From the NCBI GenBank assembly GCA_002269645.1, contig NIVC01000936.1, positions 124,001-188,000 of the forward strand: a stretch of 64,000 bases of DNA, written 5' to 3'. This DNA comes from Macrostomum lignano. Its lineage: Eukaryota. The notes under the pieces were generated by a model, which was given only the letters and a program-made list of their open reading frames with translations, was not told where the DNA came from and made no database searches. Positions within the stretch are counted from its first letter, which is position 1. Every line of letters starts with the position of its first letter. Positions 29,570 to 41,561 of this stretch are shown here, in pieces. A program made the translations under genes and the position numbers.

Positions 29570-31504
29570 CAATAGTACCTTGTTTTTATACTGGCACTAC
29601 CTGTTTAACATCAGAAATGGGTTCTTAGAAAACGAGATAATAAAATGCAAATCAAGTTTGTACGAAAAAAAGCATTATATAAACAAATATTTTACGTATA
29701 CTGTATCAAGTACAGTATTAATGGCATTTATTATACGTATTGTAAAAGACGTTTTGAAGTAAAGTTTTTTATTTAAAATTTTTGTCATGTCATCGTAACC
29801 TACACGGCTTCTACGTTTTCTACAATCCGAAGAACACTTGACGATGGACTGGATTAAGAATTAAGAATAAAGTATTAGTATAGGCCCAAGGCCTGGTATT
29901 GGCTACATTCAGTTAAATTTAAGTACCTTTAAGACAAAAAGAACTAACGCACAAAAGTGAGCAAAGAGCGTATCTGATAATCAGTCTAGTGACTCTAGTC
30001 TGGGACTGGGTCATCATATAGCCGATATAGGCCACATTGCTTTAGTTTTGCATTGCATTCTAATTTTAAAAAGCTTTAGCCTTTAACCTTTTAAAATCAA
30101 GAAGTTATCATGTTACATGCTGGTTTTTTTTCGCCAGAGACAAGGTGCGAAATCGCGCCTTGTGCCAAATTTCAAGGTGCAATTTTAAGGCACAGAGTGC
30201 AATTTCTCTTGAGTCTTGTTTCAGACAACTGGGAATGTATATTTTAATATCTTACATAAGGCTATAGCCATAGGCTATATTGCCTATATGACTTAATAGG
30301 ATTTAAAGAGTTATTTTGTTTCATATTTTAAGGCAGTGCATGAAAAATAGCTTAAGCATGGTTAAGCCTTTAAAGAAAAATGGTTATAAGACTGTACCTA
30401 AACTGCACCTACTTTTTTAATTTCAGGGTGCAATTTTAAAATTTAGGGTGCATACGCACACTCTGCACACAAAAAACCCTGGTTATATGTATTCTTTAGT
30501 TTAGATTTAGGTAGGCCTATTCCTATTCAACTGAGTGAAAAATAAGAATAGGCCCTACATATACTGTTGTTAACCATTCTGTACATTATACAACTTTTTT
30601 ATATTTCCTATTTCAATCAATATTTTTAAACCATTTTTGCCATTTTTTGAGTGTTTGTTTCACAGGGCAACTAGCCTTAGTTTCTCAATAAAGGCTATTA
30701 GCTGCTTAGCCTTGTGTCTTTTTAGTCTTAGATAGCATTAGTTGGTAGTAAATATACAAAAAAGTTTAGTAAAGTAAAGAAAAGTTTATTTATTAGCTCT
30801 ATGCCAAGGCTGGCCCAAACTATATATATTAGGTTGTCATGTCCATTAAAATTTTAAAAGTTCTTTATTTTAATATTATGATTGTCAAACATGATAGATG
30901 GTATCAACAGTAGGCCCTATTCTAAAACGGCCTCATTTATAAAAATTGATTGAATATAATAAAAAGTAACTGGCCTATCTATAAAAAATTTTGTGACAAG
31001 TTTTGTGTATTTTTTCAATGGAAAAAAATACATAAAAAAACAGAACTTTTTATGCAACAATTAAAATTTCTGTGCTCAATTTCAAATAATTCAATGTTTT
31101 TTGGTTCAAATATATTGGTTTTTGTATTAGGCTATTTGAAAGGTAATTTTGTTTTTGACTATGTAATCAAATTAGAATCAGTCTAAAATTAGCAAGTTAT
31201 ATGCTTATAAGAGATTTAAAAAGATAGAAAAAAATTGTTTTTGGTTGGTTGGTTTACTGACACCAAAATTAGGCAGCTAAGAATTCAAATTTTTGCCAGT
31301 GTTGAGTTTGTACAAATAATTCTAGAAATATTGTGCAGATTTTCATTTCCAAGGTAAAGGTAGTCAATGTCTGCAATCCTTGCAGCTAAGAATTATTTGG
31401 GGGTACTTCTAACCAAGGTAAAGGTAATCAATGTCTTCAATCCCTATAGCAAAGAATTATTTGGGGGTACTTCTGACCCACTGGCTAACGGCAGAGGCTA
31501 GGGC

Positions 31505-32375
31505 CTATATGCTGCCATAATGATGACCTTGGAGTGATTCCTTCAATTGCCCAAACAGCCAGTAGTTGCTCAGTGCTAGGTCTGGCAAGTAGGGTGGGTG
31601 TAGCAGCAGCTCAAAGCCCAGGCTGGAGATGGCAGCCATTGTTGTTTGGCTAGTGTAAGGCCTGGCATTGTCCTGCTGTAGCAGGATCCCCCTGGTCAGC
31701 TTGCCCTAGCGCTCAGTCTTGATGGCTTGGTGCAACTTTTCCAGCACTTAGATGTAATAAGCACTGGTAATGGTAGTGCCACATGGAAGCTAGTCAATAA
31801 GCAGGATGCCCTCCTTGTCCTAGAAGATGGTGACCATCTGCTTTTCAGCCAATGGTGCAGCCAGGGCCTTCACTGGGATGGGCTCTCCAGCTGCCTTCCA
31901 GACGCTGCTCTGCATCTTCAACTCTGGCTTACTGTACTGGATCCATGACTCATCCCCAGTCATAATTCGATCCAAAAAGTTTAGGTCGTTGCAATAGGCC
32001 TACAGGAGCTGCTGACATGCACAGACCCACTCATGCTGCTGATCATCTGTCTGTCAGAAGCTTTGGGACCCAACAAGCAACAACTTGCTACATCCCAAGC
32101 TTGGCCATGAGAATTTTGTGAACTACTGTGGGTGATATACCCACAGTCTCTGCCAGTTCACACATTGAACATATTGACCATGGTGGCTGGCCTTCCACTG
32201 TGTGGCAGATCTTTGACTGTCTCCCAGCTGTCCTCAAACACTACACCCACTTACTGACCATCAACTTCAAAGGGGCATCTTCACTATGTGCTGCATGCAA
32301 CTCATGAATAATGTCAGCCTGTTGCTTCCCTTCTTTCCACAAGAACCAAATTATGCTTTGCTTGGCTTCTTCATT
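31505..32375 (-). pseudogene. Degenerate mariner (DD34D-type) transposase
   Basis: Hand translation gives FLDRIMTGDESWIQY...LLQQDNARPY...LLHPPYLPDLALSNYWLF, with four in-frame stops and a frameshifted N-terminus. Confidence 0.88.
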
Positions 32376-33726
32376 TTTTCCATAATGCCAAAAACAGTGG
32401 GTAACTTAAAATGACTGCTGTAAAAATAACATAAGCATATTTGATTGCACTACCATTAAAAGTTGTGAGACAAAAGTGCTGTCTATGGCCTAAAGTATGG
32501 TGACTTAACTGCCTTTCATTTGGAAAAAAATATGTTTGTCCATGAACTTTCTGAACAAAAACTATTTTCAACGGGATATTTCTCTGTTTAAAGATAATTT
32601 TGTCTATTTTCTAGTGTATTCTTCAAATATAACAGTTTTTTGTACAGTTGATATTCAAAGTTGGTCCTGTTTTCAAAACTTTTGGGTTGGCCCAACTTTT
32701 GTAAAGCTCATTGGATAGCAATTATATACTAGTTCTGTTTTTAAAAGGCATAGAAGATACAAATGATATAATGTATTTGTTTTGTTTGAATTTTTGTTTC
32801 AATAATTAAGGCCTACTATATCTTCAAAATGGTGTTTTATTTATTAATAGTTTTATATTTATATTAGTTTATAATAGAGATAGGACAAAATAAATTTTTT
32901 GAACTAATTTGATTTGATTTGAATATATAATAGAACCAATTCCAGTATAACTAAAAGATGTTTGTAAATAGCTTTATTGGATATAGTTGATACCACATCT
33001 TATAAAGTCCTATGTATGGTATATAGCTTAATAAGTAATAGGCCCTAAGAAATATAATAAGCATCTATTTGATAAGAATTTTTCTTTTAAACATTTGCTC
33101 AAGTAAAAAATGTAATGTTACTTGACTCATTTTAGATCAAGTCAATTTTATATGTTGAATACAATATATATCTTTTTGGCAAAATATGTTTTATTTTATT
33201 TTAAAGGTAAACTTGCATCTGTGGGAGCAAATATTGCATCTTGAAACTAGGATTAAGGTTTTGAGTTTTAATTCTACAATCTTCTTAGTAGGCTTTATTA
33301 GCTACACATCTAAGTATTCATACCTTACATGTTTTGGAGTATTTCCACATCTAAATTGGCTGAATTAGTGCTTATTATTCAATAAAGTACAAATCATATT
33401 TGCCTTGTTGTAAAAGTTAATGATTTTGGTATTACAGGCAACATTTGTCATGACCCTGACCTCTAATATTTACTATGGGACAGTGGAAATCCTTTGACCT
33501 TGCATGGTTGGCTCCCTCATCAAAGTGCCATTCAGCATCCTGATTTTAACATTAAGATGCCGACTTTGGAAAACCAAAGCTAAAATTAAAAGTTTGACAC
33601 ATTCTAGAAGCAAAAACTTTTGTTACTATGTCTAGAGACTATTTTATCTATTGGGTGGGATCAGGATCCCTTAGCTCTTAATTGCCAACTTGTCTCGCCT
33701 TTTTCATGCCACAAACAGCCTCTAAA

Positions 33727-33996
33727 ATGTCTGGCGGTCCAATGGTGTTCCCCTATACCTACCTGGCCAAGGTGAGAAACTTTCCCTGGCGGGCATTCTG
33801 GAACGAGAGTCGAATGTTCCGCTTCATGACTTACACCCTGCCGGTGCCCATCTTCGTGCTGGCCAAGATCCGCAAAGCACTCGACTCCGAGGACAACCGG
33901 CGCCAGTGGAAGGAGATCCGCGGCCGGCGCTTGATCAACTTCTTTGATCCGTACGCGATTCCGCCTAATAAGATCCACCTGGATGATCATCATTGA
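33727..33996 (+). CDS. 89-aa small membrane-type protein resembling Drosophila roh/CG30415
   Basis: MSGGPMVFPYTYLAKVRNFP...KIRKALDSEDNRRQWKE...HH fits the recalled roh pattern PMxF/YPYTxxAKxxxFP...KIxKxxxSxENxxxWxE...HH. An acceptor-like CAAACAG lies 8 nt before the ATG. GC-rich island in AT-rich DNA. Confidence 0.65.
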   Translation: MSGGPMVFPYTYLAKVRNFPWRAFWNESRMFRFMTYTLPVPIFVLAKIRKALDSEDNRRQWKEIRGRRLINFFDPYAIPPNKIHLDDHH

Positions 33997-34414
33997 GTTG
34001 CTCATCCGGCTGTTTTAATGAAGCTTTACTCTGTCCTGACAGAAGTTAGTAAATTTGATAAGAAACATTAAGTTAAAATTCTAAAGCACCAATATATTTA
34101 GCATTAGAAAGAACTTTCTCTCTCTGTAGCAAAAGTGCATCCTTGAGGTCAAGTCCAATAAATTAACAACCTGGCCATCTCTCTGATAGTTTTGTCCAAT
34201 AAGTTACTAGGAAACAAATATAATCAGTGTGGCATAAAACACAATTGACTCCTGGCCTACACTCTCTAGACTGCTACTTATAACTTTAGCGAAAACTGTT
34301 ATTGTAAAGTGTTTTGTTATTTCTTTCTTTGTCAGTTCTTTTAACACGAGACATGGGACTGGAGAAAGTTTTTTTCTTTGCAGATAGTAAGGAATGAAAA
34401 TCAATATTCTCAAA

Positions 34415-35010
34415 TCAAGGCTCAGTAGTCGTAACTATCGATGAGGCAACAGTTCTGCTCGTACGACTTACTTGACTTAGCTGCAGGGGCAGGGTGGTCC
34501 GTAGACACAGCGGGGAGGCGAGGGTCGCCCATTCCGCTAGCCCCTGAAAGCCCGCAGACAGGCAGAGGCGTGTGGGGCCGGTCAAGGTGGCCCGCCGGTG
34601 CGTCCTGCAGCGTGATCTTCCGTGGGGAAGAAAGTGGCCCGTCTTGTGGCCTGAAGGAGCTGCTGGATGCATGAGCCATGTGGGATGCTGTCGGGCTGGC
34701 AGACCTCATCAATGGACTGGTTCGACCCGAGGTAGCGTAGCCGTAGAAAGGGCAGTGACAAACAAAATGCTGAGCATCTTCGTTGTCGTGCTCGCAGAAA
34801 GGGCCAAGTTCACTCTCGAGGTCGCCTCGTATGAAGCAGTGCCTGGCGAGGTAGCCCATGGCCGGTAAAGGTCGTGACAAGGGCTGGAATATCCTTTTCG
34901 ATTTGGTTCAAAAGGACGTTCCTGTGCCTGCGAGAGGGGCGCGGTGCGTGATTACCGGCAGTTCTGGGCGCCCGTCCATCTGTCCCTGTGAAGCTGCTCG
35001 TCAAGGACCA
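34415..35010 (-). mobile_element. Old 3' fragment of a LOA/R1-type LINE (post-RNase H region plus C-terminal Zn-knuckle), frameshifted
   Basis: Across frames: HRDRWTGAQNCR / LLNQIEKDIPALVTTFTGHG / YLARH...PFCEHDNEDAQHFVCHCP. The first part is homologous to HLCRWHDTRNCRQSR...LLRLNRRDLRA in the LINE at 51540-51700. Confidence 0.7.
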
Positions 35011-35474
35011 CTAGGAACACTTCGTTATATAAGGACGTAACACTCTCGATTCGTGTAAAAATAGTTGAAGGCCGATTTCAGTTCTCGTATACATTAGTGA
35101 GATAGACGAATTGCATGATTTTCAACATAATGTGCTGTTTGCATAAGCCTATGGCTATTGATTTCCGAAATTTTGCAGTATGTAACCAGAAACACTTAGC
35201 TAAATTATATTATTTTGTGGTTTTTAGTCATATTATTAGGTTATTTACCGTTTTTTTACATTACTTATGACTAGGCTAGGCCTATTACTAAGGACAAATG
35301 TTTATCGACTTGGATGGCCGAACCTAGTAATAGATACTTTATAGACCTATAGACCTGTTTGATTTCTAGCTAGTCATAACCCTAACTGTCTAACTGCTGC
35401 TCGTACGAGAGCTCTCTGGCCAATTTTCGTTCACAAGCCCCAAAAACAGCAAAAGAAAATAGTAAAACAACGAT

Positions 35475-35514
35475 ATGCCTGACTGGCGGTTAAAATTGGT
35501 CGGAGAAAGTACAT
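35475..35514 (+). CDS. Exon 1 of an unannotated 69-aa microprotein
   Basis: ATG at 35475, T|GTAAGT donor, 72-nt intron with a CTAAC branch-like motif. Confidence 0.55.
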
Positions 35515-35586
35515 GTAAGTTTCTATATGTGCTAGTCAACTAACTTAAGGGGAAGAAAAGAATTGAAGTTTTTGCACGCACTACAG

Positions 35587-35756
35587 TCTACAGAATCTTT
35601 CACAATCACCAGCTGCTTGACAAACTCATCGACCTGTGCGGAGTGAAGTACAGACTGTACCTTGACTTTGGCACCTGGACGCCAAGCAGGCAGAAGTGCG
35701 AAGCGGAGAATGGCCTGGCCACCATGGCTGACGTGATTATAGCGTCGAAGAAATGA
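35587..35756 (+). CDS. Exon 2 of the 69-aa microprotein
   Basis: CTACAG| acceptor in matching phase 1, then 55 open codons to TGA at 35754-35756. Confidence 0.55.
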
Positions 35757-35814
35757 ACCATGTCGAGGCGATCTCTTACACGTACGGGGTAAAGACAACA
35801 TCTTATGGTTATGA

Positions 35815-35995
35815 CCCATGAGCTCTGCAGTGACAACTGAACCTCTTCATCTCATGCTTTGACTCTCATGAGCTTTGCAGTGACAACTGAACCTCTTCAT
35901 CTCATGCTTTGACTCTCATGAGCTTTGCAGTGACAACTGAACCTTTTCATCTCATGCTTTGACTCATGAGCTCTGCAGTAAAAACTGAACCTCAT
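35815..35995. repeat. 50-bp tandem repeat (about 3.5 units)
   Basis: Unit CATGAGCTTTGCAGTGACAACTGAACCTCTTCATCTCATGCTTTGACTCT. Confidence 0.9.
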
Positions 35996-36603
35996 CTCAT
36001 TCCTCCACTCTCATCCTCTAATCTCTTTACACTTACACCCTCCTCCAGCCTTTCACACCCTCCTCCAGCCTCCCACACCCTCTCCAGTCTCTCACACTCT
36101 CCTTCATTCTCTTTCAAGAACTGTAATGCATTAAATATTACCGCTGCTCAAGGGCTTCCACACCGTACCAAGAATCATAAGCATTAACCACAGCAAGGCA
36201 GTGTCTTTTTAACGCGGGCCAAGTAGAAAGCACAAACCCCGGTAAAACAGCATTCAGGCAGGTCCCTGCCCGTTGGGTCTGGGGCCAGCCTATAGTTTAG
36301 TCCACCGCAGTCAAATTTCATGCCTTCCCCGGGGTCAGTCCCGCCAACTATTCATACTCCACCCTTCCCTCACTCCTCGTACAGCTAATTTAGATTTCTA
36401 GGAAAATATGCAGCAGCAGAAGATAGCAACTGCGTACTCTACGCGTATGTACATTCTGTCTACAGTCTAGACTGATAAACTACCACGCACGCAGTAAATT
36501 GAGGTTTTTCCAGGATATCACTAGCCCCGTTGAGCCTCTAATTCTATATGGTGATATAAATTTTTTAACTTGGGGAGCCCGGATGACTCGACTGAGTTAG
36601 ACA

Positions 36604-36974
36604 ATGTCCACCACTGCTGCTTGGAATTTGCTCTGCCACCGGCTCGGCCGTCAGGGCGAATCTCAGCTGCGCGCCGAGGCCGCCCAGGCGCCGGACGCCA
36701 CCGACCGGGATGTCCGGCGACGTCTGGCCGAACTGCTGCCGGACGAGCGGGCCAGGCTGACGCTGCGGCCGGACAGCGGCGACCATGGCCTGACGGGAGC
36801 TCACCTGCTGGCCGACCTGGGACTGGCCTTGACTCTGCAGCAGGTGCTGCAGTCCGTCGCTGACGCCCGCTGTCCGGCTGCCGCTTCCGCCGACGCCAAG
36901 GGCCGGACGCCGCTGCATTGGGCGGCCAGAGCCGGACACTGGCCAGCCTGCAAAGTGCTGCTTGACTCTGGAGG
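36604..36974 (+). CDS. Ankyrin-repeat protein, exon 1
   Basis: HGLTGAHLLA and KGRTPLHWAARAGHWPACKVLL. The GG|GTGCGG donor (phase 2) matches the acceptor at 39709. Confidence 0.8.
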
Positions 36975-37029
36975 GTGCGGCGATTTGGATTCTAAAAATT
37001 TGATTCACTGGCCAACTTATTGTGTGATC

Positions 37030-39600
37030 CCTTCTCGTCTCCCTGCCTCTCTTCTCCCCTCCATGCCTCTGTTCTCCCCTCCCCGCCTCTCTTCTCCCCT
37101 CCATGCCTCTCTTCTCCCCTCCATGCCTCTCTTCTCCCCTCCATGCCTCTCTTCTCCCCTCCCCGCCTCTCTTCTCCCCTCCATGCCTCTGTTCTCCCCT
37201 CCCCGCCTCTCTTCTCCCCTCCATGCCTCTCTTCTCCCCTCCATGCCTCTCTTCTCCCCTCCATGCCTCTCTTCTCCCCTCCCCGCCTCTCTTCTCCCCT
37301 CCATGCCTCTCTTCTCCCCTCCATGCCTCTCTTCTCCCCTCCATGCCTCTCTTCTCCCCTCCCCGCCTCTCTTCTCCCCTCCATGCCTCTCTTCTCCCCT
37401 CCATGCCTCTCTTCTCCCCTCCATGCCTCTCTTCTCCCCTCCATGCCTCTCTTCTCCCCTCCATGCCTCTCTTCTCCCCTCCCCGCCTCTCTTCTCCCCT
37501 CCATGCCTCTGTTCTCCCCTCCCCGCCTCTCTTCTCCCCTCCATGCCTCTCTTCTCCCCTCCATGCCTCTCTTCTCCCCTCCATGCCTCTCTTCTCCCTC
37601 CCCGCCTCTCTTCTCCCTCCATGCCTCTCTTCTCCCCTCCATGCCTCTCTTCTCCCCTCCATGCCTCTCTTCTCCCCTCCCCGCCTCTCTTCTCCCCTCC
37701 ATGCCTCTGTTCTCCCCTCCCCGCCTCTCTTCTCCCCTCCATGCCTCTCTTCTCCCCTCCATGCCTCTCTTCTCCCCTCCATGCCTCTCTTCTCCCCTCC
37801 ATGCCTCTCTTCTCCCCTCCATGCCTCTCTTCTCCCCTCCATGCCTCTCTTCTCCCCTCCATGCCTCTCTTCTCCCTTCCATGCCTCTCTTCTCCCCTCC
37901 ATGCCTCTCTTCTCCCCCCCATGCCTCTCTTCTCCCCTCCATGCCTCTCTTCTCCCCTCCATGCCTCTCTTCTCCCCTCCATGCCTCTCTTCTCCCCTCC
38001 ATGCCTCTCTTCTCCCCTCCATGCCTCTCTTCTCCCCTCCATGCCTCTCTTCTCCCCTCCATGCCTCTCTTCTCCCCTCCCCGCCTCTCTTCTCCCCTCC
38101 ATGCCTCTGTTCTCCCCTCCCCGCCTCTCTTCTCCCCTCCCCGCCTCTCTTCTCCCCTCCATGCCTCTCTTCTCCCCTCCATGCCTCTGTTCTCCCCTCC
38201 CCGCCTCTCTTCTCCCCTCCCCGCCTCTCTTCTCCCCTCCATGCCTCTCTTCTCCCCTCCCTGCCTCTCTTCTCCCCTCCATGCCTCTCTTCTCCCCTCC
38301 ATGCCTCTCTTCTCCCCTCCATGCCTCTCTTCTCCCCTCCATGCCTCTCTTCTCCCCTCCATGCCTCTCTTCTCCCCTCCATGCCTCTCTTCTCCCCTCT
38401 CCGCCTCTCTTCTCCCCTCCCTGCCTCTCTTCTCCCCTCCCCGCCTCTCTTCTCCCCTCCATGCCTCTCTTCTCCCCTCCCCGCCTCTCTTCTCCCCTCC
38501 CCGCCTCTCTTCTCCACTCCATGCCTCTCTTCTCCCCTCCCCGCCTCTCTTCTCCCTCCATGCCTCTCTTCTCCCCTCCCTGTCTCTCTTCTCCCCTCCC
38601 CGCCTCTCTTCTCCCCTCCCCGCCTCTCTTCTCCCTCCATGCCTCTCTTCTCCCCTCCCCGCCTCTCTTCTCCCTCCATGCCTCTCTTCTCCCCTCCCCG
38701 CCTCTCTTCTCCCTCCATGCCTCTCTTCTCCCCTCCCCGCCTCTCTTCTCCCTCCATGCCTCTCTTCTCCCCTCCCTATCTCTTTTCTCCCTCCATGCCT
38801 CTCTTCTCCCCTCCCTGTCTCTCTTCTCCCTCCATGCCTCTCTTCTCCCCTCCATGCCTCTCTTCTCCCCTCCCCGCCTCTCTTCTCCCCTCCCTGCCTC
38901 TCTTCTCCCCTCCCCGCCTCTCTTCTCCCCTCCATGCCTCTCTTCTCCCCTCCCTGCCTCTCTTCTCCCCTCCATGCCTCTCTTCTCCCCTCCATGCCTC
39001 TCTTCTCCCCTCCATGCCTCTCTTCTCCCCTCCCCGCCTCTCTTCTCCCCTCCATGCCTCTGTTCTCCCCTCCCCGCCTCTCTTCTCTCCTCCCCGCCTT
39101 TCTTCTCCCCTCCATGCCTCTCTTCTCCCCTCCATGCCTCTCTTCTCCCCTCTCCGCCTCTCTTCTCCCCTCCCTGCCTCTCTTCTCCCCTCCCCGCCTC
39201 TCTTCTCCCCTCCATGCCTCTCTTCTCCCCTCCCCGCCTCTCTTCTCCCCTCCCCGCCTCTCTTCTCCACTCCATGCCTCTCTTCTCCCCTCCCCGCCTC
39301 TCTTCTCCCTCCATGCCTCTCTTCTCCCCTCCCTGTCTCTCTTCTCCCCTCCCCGCCTCTCTTCTCCCCTCCCCGCCTCTCTTCTCCCTCCATGCCTCTC
39401 TTCTCCCCTCCCTATCTCTTTTCTCCCTCCATGCCTCTCTTCTCCCCTCCCCGCCTCTCTTCTCCCTCCATGCCTCTCTTCTCCCCTCCCCGCCTCTCTT
39501 CTCCCTCCATGCCTCTCTTCTCCCCTCCCTATCTCTTTTCTCCCTCCATGCCTCTCTTCTCCCCTCCCTGTCTCTCTTCTCCCTCCATGCCTCTGTTCTC
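37030..39600. repeat. 20-bp polypyrimidine minisatellite filling ankyrin intron 1
   Basis: Unit CCATGCCTCTCTTCTCCCCT. Confidence 0.98.
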
Positions 39601-39708
39601 TCTGACATGAAAGTTGATAAAAAACTTGATACCTGAAGTACCAACGAAGGAAAGACTGCTTACACGCAGTACGCACAAAATACACGCAGAAGCAAACTTG
39701 CACCCCAG

Positions 39709-41116
39709 GACCTGCATGACCGCACTGGACAGTCGCGGCCGCACACCGCTGGACCTCGCCGTCTCTGGCGGACACGCCGAACTTCTGGAGGCGGCATTCA
39801 ACCAAAATGACAACTGGCGCCGATTTTTATCGCGTCAGCGCGACTTCAAAGGCCGAACGGCGTTGCACGCGGCGTGCCGGGCAAAATCGACTTCTAAGGG
39901 CGACGGCGGCGGCGCGCAGGTGCTGGAGCTGTTGCTGCGCCGGCTGGAGGCGCCGGAGAAGCTGGCGCGGTTCCTCGACGAAGCGCGCGGCTGGCCGGCC
40001 GGATTTTACGCCGCCGAACGGGGCGACGTCGCCTGCCTGCGGCTGCTGGCCAGCCGGCCGGACACGCAGCTGGCCGGGCTGATTCAGCGCGCCGAAGACG
40101 GCCGGTCGCTGCTGCACGCGGCGGCTCAGGGCGGCAGCGTCGAAGCCTTCGAATTCGGCGTCAGCCTCGGTCTCGACCCGTCCTCGTTGGTGACCGACGA
40201 AGGCGAGACGCCCGCGCACGACTGCGCCCGCGTCGGTCACGCCGAGCTGCTGCGCCGCCTTCTTGACGGCGACACCGGCGGCGCTTTAATCGGCGCGGCG
40301 GAACGGCGCGGCGGACAGACGCTGCTGCACTGCGCGGCTGAGTCGAACAGCTTGGAGGCGGCGCGAGCCCTCATCGAAGCCGGGCACCCGCTCGATGCGC
40401 TTGACGACTGGGGCCGCACGCCGGCTGAGGCGGCTCGAGTTGTTGGAAGCCACGACGTGGCGGAGGCGATCGAGGCGGAGCTGTCCGCCGCGGCTGCGAC
40501 CCCGGAGCTGCACGCCGCAGTCCTGACCGAGGCGGCGCCTGACGATCAAGACTGCGACCCGGCAGCTGGCGTGGTTGAAGTTCTGCAGTCTCTTGAAGGT
40601 GACGAGCGGCGCCGGCGGCTGTGGCAGCGCGATGAAGCCGGCCTGACGGCAGCTCACGTGGCGGCTGGAGCCGGCAGTGTCGGCGCTCTGGCGCAGCTTC
40701 TGACTGCCGAGCCGCGCCTGCTGCGGGCGCTGACGCCGCGTCGCGAGACGCTGCTCTACTTGGCTTTGAAATGCGACAAAGACGAGGCGCGTGACGCTAC
40801 CATTCAGCGGCTGCTTGACTGGGGCGTTCGGACAGACGTTGCCGACGTGAACGGCATCACGGCGCTGAGACTGGCCGCTCACAAAGGTCTCTCCGGAGCG
40901 TTCGATGCGATTTCAACTGCCTGCGGTGGCCTTCGCGCTGCCTGCAACCGCGAGTGCGTCTTCGACAGCGGCGTCGGCGGCGTCGGGAAGCAGCGAGGCA
41001 GCCTCCTGCATCTGGCCGCTGCAGGTGGCTCGGTGCACATTGTTCAACGCTTGCTCGCTCTGCGCATCCCGGCTTTCGATCCGTTTCTGGCGCGGGATGC
41101 CAAGGGCCGCCTTCCG
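39709..41116 (+). CDS. Ankyrin-repeat protein, exon 2
   Basis: CAG|G acceptor, CCG|GTGCGT donor. Multiple G-x-T-[PA]-LH-x-A motifs. Confidence 0.9.
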
Positions 41117-41561
41117 GTGCGTCCGCGTCTCATGTTTTGCTTTTTTCTGTGCCAAGAAACGTCGGTGTGAGTCAAGACAGAAATTCTAGAATCTCCGGTT
41201 CCTTTATTTGGGATAAAATGAGGAATTCGCGTCAATTTGAGGCTCCAACTGGAATGGCAATTGTCTCCAATGTCGCCTTCTAGTATCGACAGAAAAAGAT
41301 GCCTCCGATTCTAGCGCTAATTAAAATATGAAAGCAAAAAAACCTCCATTCTTCGTAATGTATTTTAAAAACCTGCCTCCCAAATTTTTTTTCCAAGAAA
41401 CGTACTTTCTATTCTTCTACTTGAGTAGTCATTGGTGAGCACTCTGTGCCTTTGGGGGAGGGTTTTTCTCAATCAACTGGTCTGACAAATTGCCAATTGC
41501 AGTCAGCTCAATGTTAGAATACCTTTCTTAAAGCACGATAGCCGTTCCTCCGTTTCTACAG

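Noticed and set aside
30118-30485. Possible hAT-type MITE
   Set aside because: The end similarity (CTGGTTTTTT vs CAGGGTTTTTT) is too weak and there is no TSD.
35377-35470. TAACCCTAAC resembling a telomerase RNA template
   Set aside because: It is only a 10-nt match, plausible by chance in 64 kb. I could not build a P2/P3 pseudoknot downstream, and it lies just upstream of a protein-coding ATG. A covariance-model search would settle it.
36565-39805. 700-1000-aa ORFs on both strands (EKRG/SPL repeats)
   Set aside because: They come from the 20-bp pyrimidine array. Phase-matched GT/AG sites at 36975 and 39708 remove it as an intron.
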